A stretch of 20,170 bases of DNA, taken from positions 1-20,170 of the forward strand of contig WAKA01000072.1 in assembly GCA_015523565.1 (NCBI GenBank), given 5' to 3'. A program made the position numbers and the translations under genes. How positions within the stretch are numbered: position 1 is the stretch's first letter; every line of letters begins with the position of its first letter. Under the pieces are notes generated by a model. The model did not search any database. It saw nothing but the letters and a program-made list of their open reading frames with translations, and was not told the origin of the DNA. Positions 16,545 through 20,170 of the stretch are shown here, one piece after another. This DNA comes from Candidatus Heimdallarchaeota archaeon. Its GTDB lineage: Archaea > Asgardarchaeota > Heimdallarchaeia > Heimdallarchaeales > Kariarchaeaceae.

Positions 16545-17683
16545 AATTCCACCTCCCAAGTTGTAAGACGGATGAATATAATGACATTTCTGACGAGGGC
16601 TGTTAAGGTTGATGTTGAAGAAAGGGCATTTGGATAAGATGTAGGTCGTCTTACGTTATAGATGTCATTATCAAGAAGTGCAGGGAGAATATCAATGGAA
16701 TAAAATCCATTTGTGAAAGAAGAGTTTTGAATTGAAAAGACTGCCACATAACCAGTAGGGGGAATTGAAACACGACTTATATTGAAATAGTTTGCAAGAG
16801 AATAATCAATCTGACTTGATGGAATTTCAGTGTAATTCTGTTCACCAGATTGAACACCTGTAAAAAATGTCCATGCCTGCGAAATATTGTTTCCAGTTTC
16901 TTTCTTCACACGCAAATTTATGTTTTGTAAGCTGGAACTTGTTTCCTTGAAGATTGAAGAATCAGTTCGAGTGAAGGTAGCCCCTACATCAGTATAGGTA
17001 GAAAAGCTCACATCCTGAGTAAGATTCAGATAATTTGCAAATGAGATAAAGGCGATAAAGTTTGCAGGAAGGATTGCCGTGAAGGTAATATCGTAATATC
17101 CAGATGAATTGGTTTTGGCAAATGTCTGTTGAATGGAGGCATTGCCAGCGGATCCCTGCTTGATTGAGAAAAGATTGATGTTAACGTTTTCCAAAGGTTC
17201 ATTGTTCTTGGATACATAACCAACAATATTGATGTTATTTGTGACTGCCTTCGTTGAGAGAATGGTGTTGTTGATTGGGGAAAAGACTTCCAAACGGTAT
17301 ACCTTGTTTTCACTTGGCAGATGTTTCCCTAAATATGAATAGTTCAGGTTATAATCAGGAAGGTTTGTATCCACTAATCGAGATAATTTGTAGGGATCAA
17401 TGTCTTCATTGTTACCCAATAACCCAACAGTCCAGTTCATTTTGGAGAGTGATGAGACGGGAAGGCTTTCCCAATTTGTAGTTCCATAATTGTCTACAAG
17501 TGTATTCAAAACCTGCTGTGATTGGTTTCCCCTTTGTTCAAGATTTGAATTTATTTTTGTGTTTATGATAAGATTATTAGTTAGCACAAGAACATTTATC
17601 ATGGTTAGCATGAAAATGATCATTGCAACAGTAAAATCTACACCACGGATTTGACTCTTTTTGCTTCGAAGAAACCGGAACAT
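16541..17683 (-). CDS. Large type IV prepilin-like (minor pilin/adhesin) protein
   Basis: MFRFLRSKKS/QIRGVDFTVAMIIFML. Asn/Ser/Thr-rich extracellular region with many sequons and an internal beta-sandwich motif (GYVSKNNEPLENVNI...KTNSSGYY). Confidence 0.75.
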   Translation of the reverse strand: MFRFLRSKKSQIRGVDFTVAMIIFMLTMINVLVLTNNLIINTKINSNLEQRGNQSQQVLNTLVDNYGTTNWESLPVSSLSKMNWTVGLLGNNEDIDPYKLSRLVDTNLPDYNLNYSYLGKHLPSENKVYRLEVFSPINNTILSTKAVTNNINIVGYVSKNNEPLENVNINLFSIKQGSAGNASIQQTFAKTNSSGYYDITFTAILPANFIAFISFANYLNLTQDVSFSTYTDVGATFTRTDSSIFKETSSSLQNINLRVKKETGNNISQAWTFFTGVQSGEQNYTEIPSSQIDYSLANYFNISRVSIPPTGYVAVFSIQNSSFTNGFYSIDILPALLDNDIYNVRRPTSYPNALSSTSTLTALVRNVIIFIRLTTWEVEL

Positions 17684-17695
17684 AAACTGACACCT

Positions 17696-18106
17696 TCAAT
17701 CTTTCAGGACAGTTTCTTCCAATAACGATTTGACATCCGCCAATGTTGCCTCTAGTTTTACCATTTCCAGCCCGTTCTGGAACAAAGTAGTTACTCTAGC
17801 TATGGTCTCTTGTGCCTCTTTTATTCGCTCAGAGGAAAGTTGATCTATTTTTTCTGCAAGCTTCTCGATTTCCTCCCTGCTAATCAATTTATCTGCAAGT
17901 TCATCCAACCTTTCCTGAATTGGTCCTAAATCAATGGCACTTGCTGCGCCAACCATTTCCATGCCTCCCTCTGAAGAAACTCCAGGCTGGATTTTGCCCA
18001 TTTCAGAGATAAGTCTTAAAACATTAAAGTTGACTTGGCTAATTTCATTTTTCATTGCAGCAATTTCTTTTCTGAGTGCATTGATTTCATCTTCAACTTT
18101 TGCCAT
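17696..18106 (-). CDS. Coiled-coil hypothetical protein within the pilus locus
   Basis: Heptad-rich helical sequence (EINALRKEIAAMKNEISQV; IEKLAEKIDQL). ATG at 18106 chosen because TTATTTAA lies about 22 nt upstream. Confidence 0.75.
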   Translation of the reverse strand: MAKVEDEINALRKEIAAMKNEISQVNFNVLRLISEMGKIQPGVSSEGGMEMVGAASAIDLGPIQERLDELADKLISREEIEKLAEKIDQLSSERIKEAQETIARVTTLFQNGLEMVKLEATLADVKSLLEETVLKD

Positions 18107-18128
18107 TATTACTAAATGCATTCAACTA

Positions 18129-18144
18129 TTAAATAATTCTTTGG
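18129..18144 (-). promoter_or_regulatory. Internal BRE/TATA promoter for the coiled-coil and prepilin genes
   Basis: Minus strand CCAAAGAA-TTATTTAA; same geometry as the element at 14880. Confidence 0.45.
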
Positions 18145-18208
18145 GATAATCATGAAAGAAAAACAAGAAAATTAAGTTAAATGAATAAAGAAATTTGTCA
18201 ATGGGAAT

Positions 18209-19219
18209 TTATTTTGCAATAAGAAACAGATGAGCCAATAAAGCGACAATAAGCAGAAAAGTGGAATGCCCCAATCCTATCTTTATGGTACCAGAACCCA
18301 TTTTTCCTGCGGTCATCCCAGAAAACAATGCTTGGGTAGCCAACACATAAAGAAAGAGATTCCGGAATGCGTGAATGGGAATAGGAACTACTTCAGTATT
18401 GTTCACAACTATGGCCTGTGTTCCAAATTGTTCAAAAAATGTTGCAAAGAGAACCCAAATGACAACGATAAAGATAAAATAGCTGGCAAAGACAATATAC
18501 ACATATGGTCGAATTTGTGCTTCCCTTTCCCTTTTTATGTCGAGGATTTCCTGCACATGTCTTTGTGCGGCATCAAATATTTCCTCCAAGTTCCCACCAG
18601 ATCTCTCAGCCTCTAAAATAAGAATTGTTGCCTGTTTTGCCAATGGTGTCTTCACATTTTCTTTGAAGGAATGCATTGCATCCCTGAATGGGATACCCCA
18701 AGAAACCTTAGCGGCAAGTTTTTTAAGTTCTGGCGTTAATGGACCATAGTTTCTTTTTGATGCTTCCAAAATTGCTCTCGGAAGGTGCATCCCAATTCTT
18801 TGACTATCTGCAATTTCTCTGAGCAGGAAAGGAAGATTATCATCAATTGCCTTCAATCTTCTTGCCTCTCGAAGATAGACTCCGAAAGCGGGAATACCAA
18901 CAAAGATGACAAGAGCAAGAACAATGAAATGATGAATGTTGAATTTTAGGGTATTCGGGATAAATCCTTGATTTCCCGTTGGTTCTGAAAGGAAACCAAA
19001 AACAGGGAAAACAATTTCCTCCTGACCTGTCCGTGGATTTGTAACGATTCTAGGACTAGTAGTGTTAACCAACCTGTAATCATTTTGATATTCAATAAAT
19101 CCAAAAGCAATAGTGATTATTGACAGCAAAGTGCTGACAGACCAATAAATGAAAGCGGGAGATGCCTCCTTTTTTCTGAGCCTTAGCTTTTCCATTTCTT
19201 TTTCTTCAAGTGTAGACAT
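18209..19219 (-). CDS. Type IV pilus platform protein (TadC/ArlJ-like, T2SSF domain)
   Basis: IDDNLPFLLREIAD...G...RNYGPLTPELKK...SWG...EAERSGGNL...Y. ATG at 19219 follows an AAGGAGGT SD. Confidence 0.9.
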   Translation of the reverse strand: MSTLEEKEMEKLRLRKKEASPAFIYWSVSTLLSIITIAFGFIEYQNDYRLVNTTSPRIVTNPRTGQEEIVFPVFGFLSEPTGNQGFIPNTLKFNIHHFIVLALVIFVGIPAFGVYLREARRLKAIDDNLPFLLREIADSQRIGMHLPRAILEASKRNYGPLTPELKKLAAKVSWGIPFRDAMHSFKENVKTPLAKQATILILEAERSGGNLEEIFDAAQRHVQEILDIKREREAQIRPYVYIVFASYFIFIVVIWVLFATFFEQFGTQAIVVNNTEVVPIPIHAFRNLFLYVLATQALFSGMTAGKMGSGTIKIGLGHSTFLLIVALLAHLFLIAK

Positions 19220-19232
19220 TAAATGAACCTCC

Positions 19233-20132
19233 TTAATCCATTGGCTGTGAGCCATCAACCATGATAATGATTACTGATTGAAACAGCGGGATGATGATAA
19301 AACCAATTGTGACAACAAAAGCGGCCAAACCATCATGTGAAATTGATCCCTGCATAGCCACCATTGCGAGGATAACAACCAAAAAAGTAGGAGCCACAAT
19401 GCACAGCACCAAAAACAATTCGGCAAGAAGACCCAAAGTTTCAATGTACGCCTTTTCCTGTGTAAGTTTTTCTTTCATTAGACTTTCAGAAGTGGTTTGG
19501 AGATAAAGTTGTAAATCACCACCGCTAGTGAAGGTAGAGACAATACCTTCCAAAAATGAACTATAAATTGAAGAAGGGGATCGTTTTGATGCAGCCTCCA
19601 ATGCTCGTATAATATCAAGATTGAATATTTCAACGTCACGGGCAATTTTCTTGGCATCTTCTTTCAGATATAGGTCAAGATCGTCTTTGGAAAGTGACAG
19701 GAAGATTTTGTCAGGAGTCACACCCGCGGAAGCCATGGCAGTCATGTAAGAGGCAGCAATTGGAAGGGAAGCCTCAATTTTCCTTTTTCTGTCCTGTATC
19801 TTGAAAGACAAATTCAAGATAGACCAGTTGTAAGTTGCAAATCCAGCAAATGCGGCAAAAAAGAATGCCAAAATTATGGGGAAAGGAATATTGGGTAGAA
19901 GAATTGCCAATAAAACTTTCAATATTAATGAGATAAGAAATACCAGAATTGCAGCAAATACAGAGTTAAAAATAGTAACGGAGAGAAACATCCGCAAACT
20001 TTGATTTACACCCGCCCTCCGTAATTGTCTCCTAAGGTCTTCAAACTTATCCAGTCTTCCTTCCAATCTAGTACCAATCCATTTATAGGCAAGTTTATCC
20101 CGGAAACTGACATTACGTTTAATCGTTGACAC
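19233..20132 (-). CDS. Type IV pilus platform protein (TadB/TadC-like, T2SSF domain)
   Basis: LRRAG, IEASLPIAASYMTAMASAG, DIIRALE...RSPS...FLEGIVSTFTSGGDL, LGLLAE. GTG start follows GAGGA. Confidence 0.9.
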   Translation of the reverse strand: MSTIKRNVSFRDKLAYKWIGTRLEGRLDKFEDLRRQLRRAGVNQSLRMFLSVTIFNSVFAAILVFLISLILKVLLAILLPNIPFPIILAFFFAAFAGFATYNWSILNLSFKIQDRKRKIEASLPIAASYMTAMASAGVTPDKIFLSLSKDDLDLYLKEDAKKIARDVEIFNLDIIRALEAASKRSPSSIYSSFLEGIVSTFTSGGDLQLYLQTTSESLMKEKLTQEKAYIETLGLLAELFLVLCIVAPTFLVVILAMVAMQGSISHDGLAAFVVTIGFIIIPLFQSVIIIMVDGSQPMD

Positions 20133-20169
20133 GGCTATCCTCAGTGTAATATTTTCTCAAGGTTTTATA
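20119..20169 (-). CDS. Possible C-terminal fragment of an upstream gene (expected: type IV pilus assembly ATPase), truncated by the window edge
   Basis: Open frame YKTLRKYYTEDSRVND* overlaps the start of the next gene. An R-x-Y-Y ending is reminiscent of archaeal secretion ATPases, but only 16 codons are visible and the stretch could instead be a promoter (ATATAAAA). Confidence 0.25.
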   Translation of the reverse strand, partial: YKTLRKYYTEDSRVND

Positions 20170-20170
20170 T

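Noticed and set aside
15411-20132. Interpretation of the locus as an archaellum operon
   Set aside because: There is no archaellin N-terminal consensus and no ArlH/F/G genes, and the platform is split into two single-domain genes.

Overview
An AT-rich, gene-dense archaeal chromosomal segment. It has GGAGGTG/GGTGA-type ribosome-binding sites, TATA boxes about 20-24 nt upstream of several start codons, and archaeal class III signal peptides. An Asgard (Heimdallarchaeia-like) origin is inferred, not proven, from the multi-TM/longin-like fusion, the EMC6/Rab5ip-like protein and the C-terminally anchored surface protein. From left to right: a ~1039-aa Cys-free surface glycoprotein with Ig-like repeats; sua5; a hypothetical protein; a DUF2892-MarR pair preceded by three palindromic boxes at 15-bp spacing; a membrane-anchored subtilase with a C-terminal GIFT-like domain (Site-1-protease-like layout); a bacterial-type citrate synthase; a VAT-1/QOR-like oxidoreductase; a multi-TM protein with a longin-like tail; an alpha/beta hydrolase; hisS; an EMC6/Rab5ip-like protein; a hypothetical protein; and the distal part of a type IV pilus locus (two TadC/T2SSF platform genes, a coiled-coil protein and three prepilin-like genes). 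I saw no rRNA, tRNA, CRISPR array or mobile element. All family calls come from reading motifs by eye; no searches were run.
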